From an uncultured delta proteobacterium (GTDB lineage Bacteria > Desulfobacterota > Desulfobacteria > Desulfobacterales > Desulfatirhabdiaceae): 64,000 nt of DNA. The DNA is taken from NCBI GenBank assembly GCA_963789395.1, contig CAWBKP010000020.1, positions 64,001 through 128,000 of the forward strand. Reading direction: 5' to 3'. The position numbers and the translations under genes are program-made. Shown piece by piece: positions 43,120-53,820 of the stretch. The notes beneath the pieces were generated by a model that had not been told where the DNA came from, searched no databases, and saw only the letters and a program-made list of their open reading frames with translations. Each line of letters begins with the position of its first letter. Position 1 is the stretch's first letter.

Positions 43120-45903
43120 ATGAAGGAAACGACAACCGGCATCTTTGAAAAGCTGAAGCGGACCCGACCCCTTCTCTCCAGAAACAAAACCGCGCAGTCG
43201 GTTTTGTTTCAGCTCAAATTCGACGTCGATGGTGCATACCTTTGTGTGATCAATGAAAAGGGGGCGCAGATCAGCCCCGGCCATGAATATTTTGCCGGTC
43301 CCACCCGTGAGGTGCTGAAATCCATTGAAAATATCAGAAAACAGAACAGTTTCCGGATAGACTGGAATAAACCCAATGGACAGATTTATCTGAGCGAATA
43401 CGATTATCTGCTCTGGCCCCTGCGACAGTGTGACAATTTCGTGGATGACGGCATGAACCGTCTTCGGTTTTCTGATGAAGAAAGCCGTATCCGGCTGATT
43501 ATCGAGGAAAACCGGAAGGGTATGCTCAACAGCCGGATTGTGCTGTCCCACGGGGGCAAACGCCTGGAACCCGTCCAGCTGTTGAATGAAACCCATGCCT
43601 TTGCCAACGGCGTCATCTACCCGATACGGTCCCTGGGTGAAAACTTCCGGATATTGGCGCTTTTTGAAACTGCGTTGTTGCCGAATAGTCTGGAGGGATA
43701 CCTTTCTCTTCTGTTTTCTTATTTCAGCAATATCTCCGTACGCTACCAGGATTTTGCCGTAACGACCGGTTCGCCCAAACAGACTCAGCCCACACTGATA
43801 ATTGAAAAAATTGATCCGGACAATGCCCTCCATTTGCGGGTTTCCTCGTCTTTGTCCGGATTGGATCCGGATTTTATCGAATCGTATGACGTGACTCGGG
43901 TGGCTGCAATCAACGATCTGGAGAAAAAGATCGTTGTATCCGATGTTCTGCACGCGGAAATCGTGTCTGTTTTTGCTGAAATTGAAAAACTCCTGAAAAA
44001 ACACAAACGGGGTCTGAAAGAAGGCCCCGGCTTTTTCATGGACGATACCCTTTTCATCATCGAAGAATCTCTGGCAAGCGCTTTTATCTATGCGGAACTG
44101 CCGGGGCTGATCGCACGGTTCGCCATCCTGGGGGCTGAAAAACTTAAAACCTATAAGGTTCGGGCCGTCACACCGAAACTGACCCTGTCTCTTTCTCACG
44201 GCATCGATTTTCTGGAAGGGGATGCCAGCCTGGAGATTGAAGGGTTCACGCTGCCCCTTTTCGACGTTCTGCACCAGTACAAACAGAATGCCTACATCAC
44301 CCTGAGTGACGGCACCCATGCCATCGTCAACCAGAATTACATGAACCGGTTGGCCCGCCTTTTCAGAAAACAAAAGGACAAGGTCAAGGTCTCTTTTTTC
44401 GATCTGCCCCTTGTGGAAGAACTGATCGATGAGAAAATTGCGGAAACGGCATTCAAAAAATCCCGGGAGATTTTCCTCGGGTTCAACAAACTGGCCAAGT
44501 CCAGATGCGATATTCCCGAGCTTCGGGCAACCTTGCGGGGCTACCAGAAGCAAGGCTATAAATGGGCCAAATACCTGCATCAGCATGGACTGGGGGGCTG
44601 CCTGGCAGATGATATGGGGCTGGGGAAAACGCTGCAGGCGATTGCGCTTCTATCCGGCATTTATCCCCGTGAAAAAAAGCCGTCGCTGGTGATTGTTCCC
44701 AAAAGCCTGTTGTTCAACTGGGAAAATGAAATTTTAAAATTCAATCCCGAACTCACCTATACGGTCCACCACGGCTCGATTCGGGATCTATCCGCGGCAA
44801 GAGATACGAATTTGATCATCACCACCTATGCCACGGTTCGAAACGATATCAAAGAGTTCCGGGAAGAAGCGTTCTACTATGTCATCCTGGATGAATCCCA
44901 AAACATCAAAAACATGAACTCCCAGATTTCCAAGGCCGTGATGCTCCTGAATGCCGAGCACAGGCTGGCCCTCAGCGGAACCCCCATTGAAAACAACCTG
45001 AACGAACTTTACGCGCTCTTTCGGTTCCTCAATCCGGCCATGTTCGGTTCTCCCGAAGAGTTCACCCGCAACTACGCCATTCCTGTGCAGAGAAACGATG
45101 ACAAGGATGCCCTGCACGAACTGAAGAAAAAAATATATCCGTTTATCCTCAGACGCCTGAAACGGGATGTGCTCAAGGAACTTCCGGAAAAAGTCGAGCA
45201 GACCCTGTTTGTGGATATGAATGATGAGCAGAAAATTTTCTACGAGCTTCGCCGCCGGTTTTATTATGAAACCGTGAAGTCTCAGATCGCCCGCAACGGC
45301 ATAAAAAAAACCCAGTTCTTCATCCTTCAGGCCCTGAGCGAACTGCGCCAGATTGCCAGCATCCCGGAGTCCAAGAGCGAAAACGGCATTATTTCTCCGA
45401 AACGGGAGGTGCTGGTGGAGCAGATACGGGATCTTATCGCCAATAACCACAAAGTCCTGGTGTTCGCCAATTATCTCCATGCGCTGGATTGCATTGCCGA
45501 GGATCTGGAAAAGGATGGGGTGAGCTACCTGCTGATGACCGGAGCCACCCGGGACCGGAAGGTCCTGGTGGATCAGTTTCAGGAGGATGAATCCTGCAAG
45601 GTTTTCCTCATGACCCTTAAAACCGGTGGCATCGGACTCAATCTGACTGCGGCGGATTATATTTTTATCTTCGATCCCTGGTGGAACAAGGCTGCCGAAA
45701 ACCAGGCCATTGACAGAACCCATCGCATCGGACAGGACAAGACCGTCTTTGCGTATAAACTGATCACCCGGGGGACCATCGAGGAGAAAATCCTCAAGCT
45801 CCAGGAACAGAAAAGCGCGCTGTTTGACCGGTTGATCTCAAGTGACGGTGCCTCCATTAAATCGCTGGATGAAACGGATGTGGAGTTCGTCCTGGGAGCC
45901 TGA
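43120..45903 (+). CDS. SNF2/SWI2-family ATPase with a ~450-aa N-terminal extension
   Basis: LRGYQ, LADDMGLGKT, ILDESQ, LSGTPIENN, LRRLK, KVLVF, GGIGLNLTAAD, DPWWN, QAIDRTHRIGQ. Confidence 0.95.
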   Translation: MKETTTGIFEKLKRTRPLLSRNKTAQSVLFQLKFDVDGAYLCVINEKGAQISPGHEYFAGPTREVLKSIENIRKQNSFRIDWNKPNGQIYLSEYDYLLWPLRQCDNFVDDGMNRLRFSDEESRIRLIIEENRKGMLNSRIVLSHGGKRLEPVQLLNETHAFANGVIYPIRSLGENFRILALFETALLPNSLEGYLSLLFSYFSNISVRYQDFAVTTGSPKQTQPTLIIEKIDPDNALHLRVSSSLSGLDPDFIESYDVTRVAAINDLEKKIVVSDVLHAEIVSVFAEIEKLLKKHKRGLKEGPGFFMDDTLFIIEESLASAFIYAELPGLIARFAILGAEKLKTYKVRAVTPKLTLSLSHGIDFLEGDASLEIEGFTLPLFDVLHQYKQNAYITLSDGTHAIVNQNYMNRLARLFRKQKDKVKVSFFDLPLVEELIDEKIAETAFKKSREIFLGFNKLAKSRCDIPELRATLRGYQKQGYKWAKYLHQHGLGGCLADDMGLGKTLQAIALLSGIYPREKKPSLVIVPKSLLFNWENEILKFNPELTYTVHHGSIRDLSAARDTNLIITTYATVRNDIKEFREEAFYYVILDESQNIKNMNSQISKAVMLLNAEHRLALSGTPIENNLNELYALFRFLNPAMFGSPEEFTRNYAIPVQRNDDKDALHELKKKIYPFILRRLKRDVLKELPEKVEQTLFVDMNDEQKIFYELRRRFYYETVKSQIARNGIKKTQFFILQALSELRQIASIPESKSENGIISPKREVLVEQIRDLIANNHKVLVFANYLHALDCIAEDLEKDGVSYLLMTGATRDRKVLVDQFQEDESCKVFLMTLKTGGIGLNLTAADYIFIFDPWWNKAAENQAIDRTHRIGQDKTVFAYKLITRGTIEEKILKLQEQKSALFDRLISSDGASIKSLDETDVEFVLGA

Positions 45904-45905
45904 AT

Positions 45906-48531
45906 ATGAGATCGATCACGCAGCAGAGAAACCTTTCAAGCCTGCAGGCGCATATCGCGGTTTTCGATCATGCCGGCAACTGGGATGATACCGGCCGTCG
46001 CTGCACCGCGTGTTCAAAAAATATTCAGGAATTCTCCTGTGAAACGCCCGACGGCAGGGTATGCATTCATTGCGCGCAGGCTGTTTATCGCAATTTTGCG
46101 GAAAATCAGGAGATCGCCGCCTGGCAATATTCCCGTTTTATTCGCTCGCTGTCCGGAGACGAATCGCTGCGATGGCGACTGACAACGCTGAGCCGGTATG
46201 CGGAAGCCGTTCATCTTGCCGAAAAGCAGAAATCATCCGATGTCACCGCCATGCATCGGCTTCTGGTGTTAAATCTTGGCTGCCAGATAGAGCACCCGCT
46301 GAATCTATTGGTTCGACAGCTTGCGCTTAATGCCGCCGTGCAGGTTGGAAAATCCATGCTGCCGTTACTTCTGGAACATGGGGAGACCCTGCATCCCTGG
46401 CAGTTTTATTATAATATTGTCCTTTGTGCCGGCATCATCGGGCCGGATGACAAAAGCGTCCAAAAATTACTTGAAGACGCCGTCAAACATCCGCTTCCCG
46501 AGGTGCGCGAAAAAATCATTCGTATCGTTTCCAGCCAGAAATCTTTATGGGCACGGAATCTTCTCAAACAGGTGGTAAAGGAATGCCGACCTGACAGGAA
46601 TGGCAAAATTCAACGCAACCGCCAATATCCTGTCACCTCCGGAGCAGCAACGTATTTTCGCGACAGAGCAAAGCACGGCAACCCCCATTCCCGATGAACT
46701 GTCTTTCCTGGAAACCGCCATCATTGACTGCTATCCGATAGATAGGCTCAAGGCCGTTTATAGCCGATATCTCAATCCCGTGTTTCAGGAAACCGATTTT
46801 CAGGACATGGGCCAGGTTGCCGTCGGCAAACTGAAAAAGCGGCAGCTGGTGTGGGCGCTTGCCCAGGTGTTTTCCCAACAATATCTGTTTGAAAAATTAA
46901 TGTTGCTCCTTCCGCAAGGCGTTATTCAGGTATTGAACCGCTTGACATGGGAAAAGGGTGGGCATCTGGCCCAGTCCTTTACCGACCCGCTCGACCCGCC
47001 GATTCTCGTTCCGTCCAAAGAAACATGGCATGGCAGAACCAGAACCATAGAGACGTTCAACCCCTGCTATTCGATTATTCCGATTCAGAAGAATTACAGC
47101 TATCGATCTTTCGCCTCTTACGATTCCTATACCACCATCTTGTACCTGCCCGATCCCGTTCGGGACCTGTTAAAAAAATACCTGCCCCCTCCCGAGGGAT
47201 ACTACCTGAAAGGGCTGGAGACCATTGAAAAAACCGATTTCATCTATGAAGACGGGAGCCGGATACTCCGCCAACTCCATCTGATCTGCGCCTATATCGC
47301 GCAGGGGGCCCTGAAGTTTTCAAAAAACAGTGCGAGAATATTGAAAACATCCGCCAAGGAAGTGTCTGCGTATTGCCATATCCGTGAATTTTATACCGGC
47401 GGGAAAGCCGATCTGGAGCACCTGAACACCGGATTGCTTATCGATTTTCTTCAGCATTATCCCATCCGGGAAACACAGGACGCGCCGGAATTTCTGAAGC
47501 AGGTTTTTGATGACTTTTTTATGAAGGTTGCCCCGCATGGCGGCTACCGCCTGGACCGGTTGCTATTCCACCTCAAAGGAATTTCTTATATACAAAATGG
47601 GTATTATGAGCAAACCCTTCGAAAGAGCGAGCAGGGGGTTCGAACCTCCCTCCGTAGCCTGCTGAGAGCGTTGCAGCCGGGGCTGTGGTATTCCGTTTCC
47701 AAACTGCTCGACTATTGTCATTACCGGGATGTGGATCTGGACATAGTGGACAGATCCGTTGCCGCCAGATATTTGTCGGTTGACATCCGATATGAGGATG
47801 GAAATCGATTTGGTACATATCGGACTGCGGAAATCTCTGCGGCGATGTATCAGGAAGCGCTTCTTGCGCCGTTTTTCAAAGGCTTCCTGTTTCTGATGGC
47901 GGCCTTCGGGCTTGTGGATATCGCGTACAATTATCCCAAAAACGAGCGCATTCAGAAAAAAGAAATGGAGTATCTCTCAGCTTTTGACGGCCTTCAATAT
48001 ATCCGCCTGACACCCCTGGGGGCCTATATTGCGGGTCTGACAAAAGACTATGCCTTCAAGGCTGAGATGGAGAGCGCCAATATCGTGCTGGACGATAAGC
48101 GGCTGTTGATCAATCTGGATGGAAAGGATCGGCTGAAGGCCATTTTGCTGGAGCGGTTCGCAGATAAAATCAGCGAAAACTGCTATAAGGTGACCAGTGG
48201 CTCGTTTTTAAAATCCTGCGTTACCCTGAAGGACATCGAAGGCAGGATAAAGTTGTTCAAAAAACAGGTATCGGCAAAACCGCCCCGAATCTGGGAGGAT
48301 TTTCTGAATGACATTCTGGAAAAGATTGATCCGCTTATCCCCGAGCCTGACCTGTTGGTTTTCCGGCTGAAAGAGCATCCGGAACTGATTGAATTAATGG
48401 CCAGAGACGAAATCATGCAGAAATTGATTTTGAAAGCCGAAGGGTATCATGTTCTCATCCCATCCAAAAACCTGTATAAGGTCAAAAAACGGCTCGAGAC
48501 TTTCGGGTATTTTATCCATCAGCTCAGGTGA
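45906..48531 (+). CDS. Large hypothetical protein (~875 aa if joined): CxxC/CxxC, HEAT-like helices, C-terminal Helicase_C_3 / p52-p8-like region; probable frameshift near 46580
   Basis: ORFs 45906-46697 and 46600-48531 overlap by 98 nt; removing one G in aaggaat gives continuous VVKNADLTGMAKFN. Starts 2 nt after the SNF2 stop. Confidence 0.7.
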
Positions 48532-48624
48532 AGACAAACATATTGCCTGAATACAGAAATCCACGCACTTTTTTACGGGAAACTGTCAGAAAGCGTGCCG
48601 AATGAATTATTCAGCGGTCAATAA

Positions 48625-48662
48625 ACTGACAGCATGTTTTCCGCAAAACAGATGCTGTCAGT
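48625..48662. terminator. Hairpin between convergent genes, probably a bidirectional terminator
   Basis: actgacagcat / atgctgtcagt 11-bp stem with inner gtttt/aaaac; A-rich 5' and T-rich 3' flanks. Confidence 0.7.
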
Positions 48663-48690
48663 ATTTTGAATTCCTGCGTTACGGAAGCCT

Positions 48691-48906
48691 TCATGCGTCT
48701 GCTTCTCTGGGTTCAAAAATATCCAGAATCTCCTCGGCAATATAAGCTTTCATCTCTTCGTCGCCCGTAAAAACCGCTTTTCGAACGCCGTTGCTGAAGT
48801 CAATTTCCACATCGCAGTTGTATTTGTGAGATGCGGCCTTCACAATTCTGGCCATGATCTCCAGATTGGCATCTTCGATCTGAATCGGAACCATGTTCAA
48901 ATTCAT
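48691..48906 (-). CDS. Small acidic hypothetical protein (71 aa)
   Basis: Strong AAGGAGG ribosome site, its own sigma54 promoter and a downstream hairpin. Confidence 0.8.
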   Translation of the reverse strand: MNLNMVPIQIEDANLEIMARIVKAASHKYNCDVEIDFSNGVRKAVFTGDEEMKAYIAEEILDIFEPREADA

Positions 48907-48998
48907 ATTTCCTCCTTTTGATTATTAAAACATTGTAAGCCGTGTATAGGTCAGGAACAAAAGCCGGATAAGCGTTTTTTCACTTTGAACATAATATA

Positions 48999-49014
48999 AG
49001 CATAATTCATGCCA
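48999..49014 (-). promoter_or_regulatory. sigma54 (-24/-12) promoter
   Basis: Minus strand TGGCATGAATTATGCT; GG-N10-GC spacing. Confidence 0.75.
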
Positions 49015-49233
49015 TAATTCATTGGGTGATCTTCTCCCATAACAAAACGCAGCATGCTTGCGCTGTTTCAAATTCTCATTCAATCATACGCATTGCGTTT
49101 TTAATGACACTCCCGTGTCAATGGCGTTCTTTTAATTGACTATATCAGAGAAATTCGGCAAGCTTCATTGATGAACGAAGGAAAATGCCGCATGAGAAAT
49201 CATTGGCTTTTGTCTGATTCAAGGGAGTCGCTG

Positions 49234-49896
49234 ATGCCGGAGGTGAGTATCAAGATCACAAAAGAAGACGCAAAACCGGAATATAAGGACCGCGTCATCT
49301 GCCCATGGGTGGATACCGGCAAACCGGATTACATCGACTATCATGATCATGAATGGGGGGTTCCCGTTCATGACGACCATCGATTATTCGAATTTCTCAC
49401 CCTGGAAGCTGCTCAAGCCGGACTGAGCTGGTATACCGTGCTGAGAAAACGGGAAAATTACCGCCTCGCCTTTGACCGCTTCGATCCTGAAAAAGTTGCC
49501 GGGTATGATGAGCATAAGGTGCGGGCGCTTCTTGAAAATTCCGGAATCATCCGCAACCGGGCCAAAATTCTGGCGGCAATCAACAATGCGCAGAAATTTC
49601 TGGAGATTCAGAAAGAATTTGGCAGTTTTGACGCATATGTCTGGCGGTTTGTGAACGGCAAGCCGATCGTGAATGAACTCAGGCAACTGGGGGATTACCC
49701 TGCGACAAGCCCGGAGTCGGATGCCCTGAGCAAGGATCTGCGGCAAAGAGGCTTTAAATTCATGGGGTCCAAGATTTGCTATGCCCACATGCAGGCCACC
49801 GGCATGGTGAACGATCATACGTTGGATTGTTTTCGAAGGCGGGAAATCATGGCGGGATATGCTGCAAAATCATCTATGAGAGGGAATCGCCGGTGA
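49234..49896 (+). CDS. tag: DNA-3-methyladenine glycosylase I; start uncertain
   Basis: CPW..YHDHEWG, LEAAQAGLSW, IIRNRAKI, GFKFMG..YAHMQATGMVNDH..C. Confidence 0.95.
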   Translation: MPEVSIKITKEDAKPEYKDRVICPWVDTGKPDYIDYHDHEWGVPVHDDHRLFEFLTLEAAQAGLSWYTVLRKRENYRLAFDRFDPEKVAGYDEHKVRALLENSGIIRNRAKILAAINNAQKFLEIQKEFGSFDAYVWRFVNGKPIVNELRQLGDYPATSPESDALSKDLRQRGFKFMGSKICYAHMQATGMVNDHTLDCFRRREIMAGYAAKSSMRGNRR

Positions 49897-49947
49897 AACG
49901 AATTGAAACAGCCATTCCCATATTTTTTTGTTTGGGGAAGATGAATC

Positions 49948-51519
49948 ATGATGCCTGCTGATGTGTCCCAGTTTAACTGGTCCGATTTTTTAGATCGACA
50001 TCGGGAGGCCATCCTCGAACAGTGGGTTCAGCGACTGCAAACGCAGATCAGTGAAAGATATTCGCGGCGGCCGGCTGCAGAACTCATGCAGACCGTCTGC
50101 GCGGCCTTTGACGGCAATTGCCGTGTACTGATCCATGGCGATTACCAGGAACTTGATCGATTTATCACGGAAATCTCCCGCATGCGCCTTGAGGGCGGAT
50201 TCCCCCTGGTGGACGTTCAAAAGGCATTTGATCTGTTCCGGCAGATTGTGCTGCCGCTTCTGGCAGGGTCCTGCAGCCTTGAGACCTTTCACCGGGCCAT
50301 CGTAGAACTCAATGGATGTCTGTCCTATACGGTTTACCAGTTCAGCGATTATTTTCAGAACCTTCATAGAAGGCGCCTCATTGATTATGCCAGAAAACTG
50401 AAGGCCGAGGTCTCGTTTAAAACAGCCGAACTCCGAAAATCCGAACTCAAATACAAGACCCTTGTGGAAGACATCACCGACGGGGTGGTCGTCATAAACA
50501 ACGGAGAGATCGTTTTCACAAATCAGGCTTTCAGCGCCATGCACGGATATGGCGGCAGCGATCTGATGGGGAAGCCTTTTCTGGAACTGGCTGCTGCCTG
50601 TGACCAGGCAGCGGTTTCGGACAGGCTGTGCCTGGCCCCTTCAGATGGTGCGGGTTCTCCGGCCCTGGAGTATTTCAGGATTACCCGGTCCGGGGATAGA
50701 TACCCCACCGAGATCAGGTTCAAGCGCATCCATTATGCGGCGATGTGGTCACAGATCGGAATTTGTCGGGATATCACCGAACGGATCGAACTGGAGAAAA
50801 AGATGCGTGAAGCCGAGCGCCTGGCTGATATTGCCCAGATTGCCACCTCGCTTTCTCATGAAATCCGAAATCCGCTATCAGCCATCAAAATGAATCTTCA
50901 GATTCTTCAGCGCCATCCCGAACTTGCCGGAAATGACCGCAGACGGGTGGATATTGCGGTGCATGAAATGCACCGGCTTGAAGGTGTTTTACAGGAAGTG
51001 CTCGATTTTGCAAAACCGGTGACGTTGCAAAAAACATCCTGCAGCCTCAACCCGATCCTCATGCAGGCTATCGATCTACTGGAGGTGAAGTTTGCAGAAA
51101 AGCGCCTGGGAATTCATCTGGAGCTCTGCGAACTTCCCGAAATATCGATGGATGGGCAAAAGATCGAGCAGGTCGCACTGAACCTGCTCCTGAATGCCGT
51201 TGAGGCAGCACCAGATGGAACGGCAATCCGGATCAGCAGCAGCCGATGGACTCCCGATAACAAGACCCCGGAAGTGTTCTTTGCCGTGGCGGACGAAGGT
51301 GAAACCGTACCGCAGGCGCTTTGCGAAACCATATTTTCCCCATTTTATACGACCAAGAGCCGGGGGTCCGGCTTGGGGCTGAGTGTGGTGCGCCGTCTGG
51401 TGGATGCCCATGGCGGCCGCGTTTCGGTCAACCCCCGCGAACCAAGAGGAACCGTCTTTACAGTCACCCTGCCCGAAGGAGGCCATGGGAACGGCTTCAG
51501 GACAATCCTGATGCCTTGA
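49948..51519 (+). CDS. Cytoplasmic sensor histidine kinase (RsbRD_N-like helical domain, PAS, HisKA, HATPase)
   Basis: REAILEQW..RLEGGFPL, PAS ending CRDITER, SHEIRNPL, NLLLNAVEA, FYTTKSRGSGLGL; no TM segment. Confidence 0.9.
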   Translation: MMPADVSQFNWSDFLDRHREAILEQWVQRLQTQISERYSRRPAAELMQTVCAAFDGNCRVLIHGDYQELDRFITEISRMRLEGGFPLVDVQKAFDLFRQIVLPLLAGSCSLETFHRAIVELNGCLSYTVYQFSDYFQNLHRRRLIDYARKLKAEVSFKTAELRKSELKYKTLVEDITDGVVVINNGEIVFTNQAFSAMHGYGGSDLMGKPFLELAAACDQAAVSDRLCLAPSDGAGSPALEYFRITRSGDRYPTEIRFKRIHYAAMWSQIGICRDITERIELEKKMREAERLADIAQIATSLSHEIRNPLSAIKMNLQILQRHPELAGNDRRRVDIAVHEMHRLEGVLQEVLDFAKPVTLQKTSCSLNPILMQAIDLLEVKFAEKRLGIHLELCELPEISMDGQKIEQVALNLLLNAVEAAPDGTAIRISSSRWTPDNKTPEVFFAVADEGETVPQALCETIFSPFYTTKSRGSGLGLSVVRRLVDAHGGRVSVNPREPRGTVFTVTLPEGGHGNGFRTILMP

Positions 51520-51736
51520 AGCATGACTGCTGGCAAACCGCACCCAATCAGCCCGGATCGGCCAGATACCTTGAATGACGTGTTCAAGGTTCAACACACC
51601 CTGCAAAATATTTTTCACCTGCCTGAAAATTTTCTTTCTATCACAGTGCCGCAATTTCTTTTCTGAATATTCTCCGCCACGTTAATATCCTTATAAATCC
51701 TACCCATAAATATTTATCTGAATAAAATTCATTTAC

Positions 51737-51752
51737 TGGCACAGCTTTTGCT
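51737..51752 (+). promoter_or_regulatory. sigma54 promoter of the symporter operon
   Basis: TGGCAC-AGCTT-TTGCT, a consensus match. Confidence 0.9.
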
Positions 51753-51862
51753 CTATGCTCTGTCGTTGCAGAAATCGCGGAATGATCCAGGTGTATTCAC
51801 GCTGAACCTCAAATCCTTGACGCAGAGTCGCCCCAAACCCTATCAAAGAGAAAGGAATGTGA

Positions 51863-52150
51863 ATGATGAAGGAACCAACAGGCAACATACAGCAAACGGT
51901 GTTCATGGTTATTTTTTGGGTCTTAGCCATACTGACCTGGTGTCCAATCGGCTATGGCAGCTATGGAACGGTTTCCAGATATTTCGGTATGCCTTCCTGG
52001 GCGGCAATTGCCCTCCTGATCGGGGCCGTGCTGTTTATTCTGGAATGGATTTATTTGTTTCACACCGACCTTGCGCTGACAGATGAAAAACTGGCGACAA
52101 TTTTGAAGGCGCTGGAAAACCACGATGCCACAAAGGAGATAAGATCATGA
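51863..52150 (+). CDS. Small two-TM membrane protein, probable symporter accessory subunit
   Basis: Two hydrophobic helices around FGMPSW; stop overlaps the symporter start (ATGA). Confidence 0.8.
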   Translation: MMKEPTGNIQQTVFMVIFWVLAILTWCPIGYGSYGTVSRYFGMPSWAAIALLIGAVLFILEWIYLFHTDLALTDEKLATILKALENHDATKEIRS

Positions 52151-53688
52151 CCGCCATGGTGATAATAACCGGAATCTGTCTGGTTTCTGTACTGCTCAGC
52201 TATGTTGCGTTCCGCAAAGGTTTTACCCGAAACGCGGACGATTATTTTGTTGCCGGATCGAGTCTGGGGTATTTTGTATTGATTTTCAGTCTGCTGGCAT
52301 CGTTTCTGAGCGCATTTTCCATGTTTGGGATGGCAAGTCTTGGTTATCGTACCGGATTCGGCGCGCTCTTTGTTTTGACCGTCAATCTGGTTCCGCTGGG
52401 ATTTCTCTGGTATTTCGTTCATCGAAAAACACTCGTTCTGGGGCGCGCCCGCCGCTGGATGTCCATGGGCGCCCCTTTTGGTGAGCGCTATGGAAAAAGC
52501 ATGCGGGCGATTATTCCGGTTGTTGTGCTGATCGCATCCATACCGTATCTGGTGGCGCAGCTTCAAGGAATCGGTGTAATGGTGGAAACCATGACCGAGG
52601 GATTGATTTCCTATAAAGTCGGCTTGTTTTTTATCCCCATATTTATTGCGGTTTATCTGATGATGGGCGGAATGAAAGGCTCGGCCTGGGTCAATACGGT
52701 TCAGGGGATTTTTTTCACCGTCATGGTGTTTGTCCTCTTTTTTGCGGTCATGGCCAAAAACGGCGGCTTTGGTCCGACAATGGATATGGTCTTTGAAACG
52801 CATCCGGAATTGTTTCAACTGGGATGGAACAATGGAAAAGTCTGGAGTTATCCCATGATTTTCGGTTTCTCAACCGCGATGTGTCTGGGGTGTATTTGCT
52901 TTCCTCAGCCGTATATGCATTCATATTCCAGCCGCTCGGTTCACGGGTTTAAATCCATGTTTGTGGCCTTCGGCGGCATCTGTATCATTGTCATCACCAT
53001 GCCGACACTGATCGGTATCGCCTCCCGGGTCATTGTGCCAAAGCTTGCCGGTGTCGAGGCGGACAAGGTGTTTGGAATGGTCGCCAGCATGAGCATGCCG
53101 AACTGGCTGGCAGCCATGGCTGTTGCAGGCGGATTCACGGCAGCCATGTCAACGGTGAACGGGCTGGTTTTCGGCAATGCCACCAATATTTCAGTCGATC
53201 TTTACAAAACCCTCAAACCCGATGCCAGTCAGCCCGAACTGGTTCGAATTGCCAGGATTTGTGTCTCTTTAATTATGGCGGTCTGTACCTGGATTGCCTG
53301 GAACCCCAACACGCCCGTGGCCGAGCTTTCCGTCATTGCATTCGGCATGGTTGCCGTAACCATCTTCCCGCTCTGTGGCGCGTATTTCTGGAAACGGGCT
53401 ACCACGGCCGGCGCCATTGCAGCCACCATCGGCGGGGCAGGTTTGAATGTTCTGTTTTATTTTATCGGCGGAAAAGGGATGATACTGTCCCCGCAGGCCG
53501 GTTTTTTCCAACTGAATGGCTTCCTGGTTGCCTTTCTGGCTGCCGGAACCCTGTTTATCGGCATCAGTCTGGCCACGAAGCCGGGGCTCGTGGCACAGAA
53601 AAGTCTTTCTCTTTTCTTTCATCCGGCGCTGAACGGCAACGGCGTCCAAGCCCATGAATCGGTGACAGACCTGCAACCAGTCACTTGA
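52147..53688 (+). CDS. Sodium:solute symporter (SSS family)
   Basis: DDYFVAGSSLG, ASFLSAFSMFG, YLVAQLQG, GGMKGSAWVNTVQG, AAMSTVNG, WKRATTAGA. Confidence 0.93.
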   Translation: MTAMVIITGICLVSVLLSYVAFRKGFTRNADDYFVAGSSLGYFVLIFSLLASFLSAFSMFGMASLGYRTGFGALFVLTVNLVPLGFLWYFVHRKTLVLGRARRWMSMGAPFGERYGKSMRAIIPVVVLIASIPYLVAQLQGIGVMVETMTEGLISYKVGLFFIPIFIAVYLMMGGMKGSAWVNTVQGIFFTVMVFVLFFAVMAKNGGFGPTMDMVFETHPELFQLGWNNGKVWSYPMIFGFSTAMCLGCICFPQPYMHSYSSRSVHGFKSMFVAFGGICIIVITMPTLIGIASRVIVPKLAGVEADKVFGMVASMSMPNWLAAMAVAGGFTAAMSTVNGLVFGNATNISVDLYKTLKPDASQPELVRIARICVSLIMAVCTWIAWNPNTPVAELSVIAFGMVAVTIFPLCGAYFWKRATTAGAIAATIGGAGLNVLFYFIGGKGMILSPQAGFFQLNGFLVAFLAAGTLFIGISLATKPGLVAQKSLSLFFHPALNGNGVQAHESVTDLQPVT

Positions 53689-53732
53689 TTTGTTTGAGGG
53701 CAACTCCCGGATGATGCGGGGTTGCCGAGAAA

Positions 53733-53820
53733 CTTTTCCAATGGAAATGGGAGGCCAGGGGGGATTTAAATATCTTTCCGGGTGGAAAATTCCCCCGACT
53801 TTCCCCTGTTTCAATGGAAG
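53733..53820. repeat. REP-like palindrome family A, degenerate doublet
   Basis: aaatgggaggccaggggggatttaaa..aaaattcccccgactttcccctgttt; shares ggccaggggggattt with the 41422 copy. Confidence 0.7.

Noticed and set aside
35043..44586. Long antisense ORFs (e.g. 35043-36623, 37108-38007, 43006-44586; also 4065-5162)
   Set aside because: Shadow frames of well-supported genes, with no recognisable motifs.
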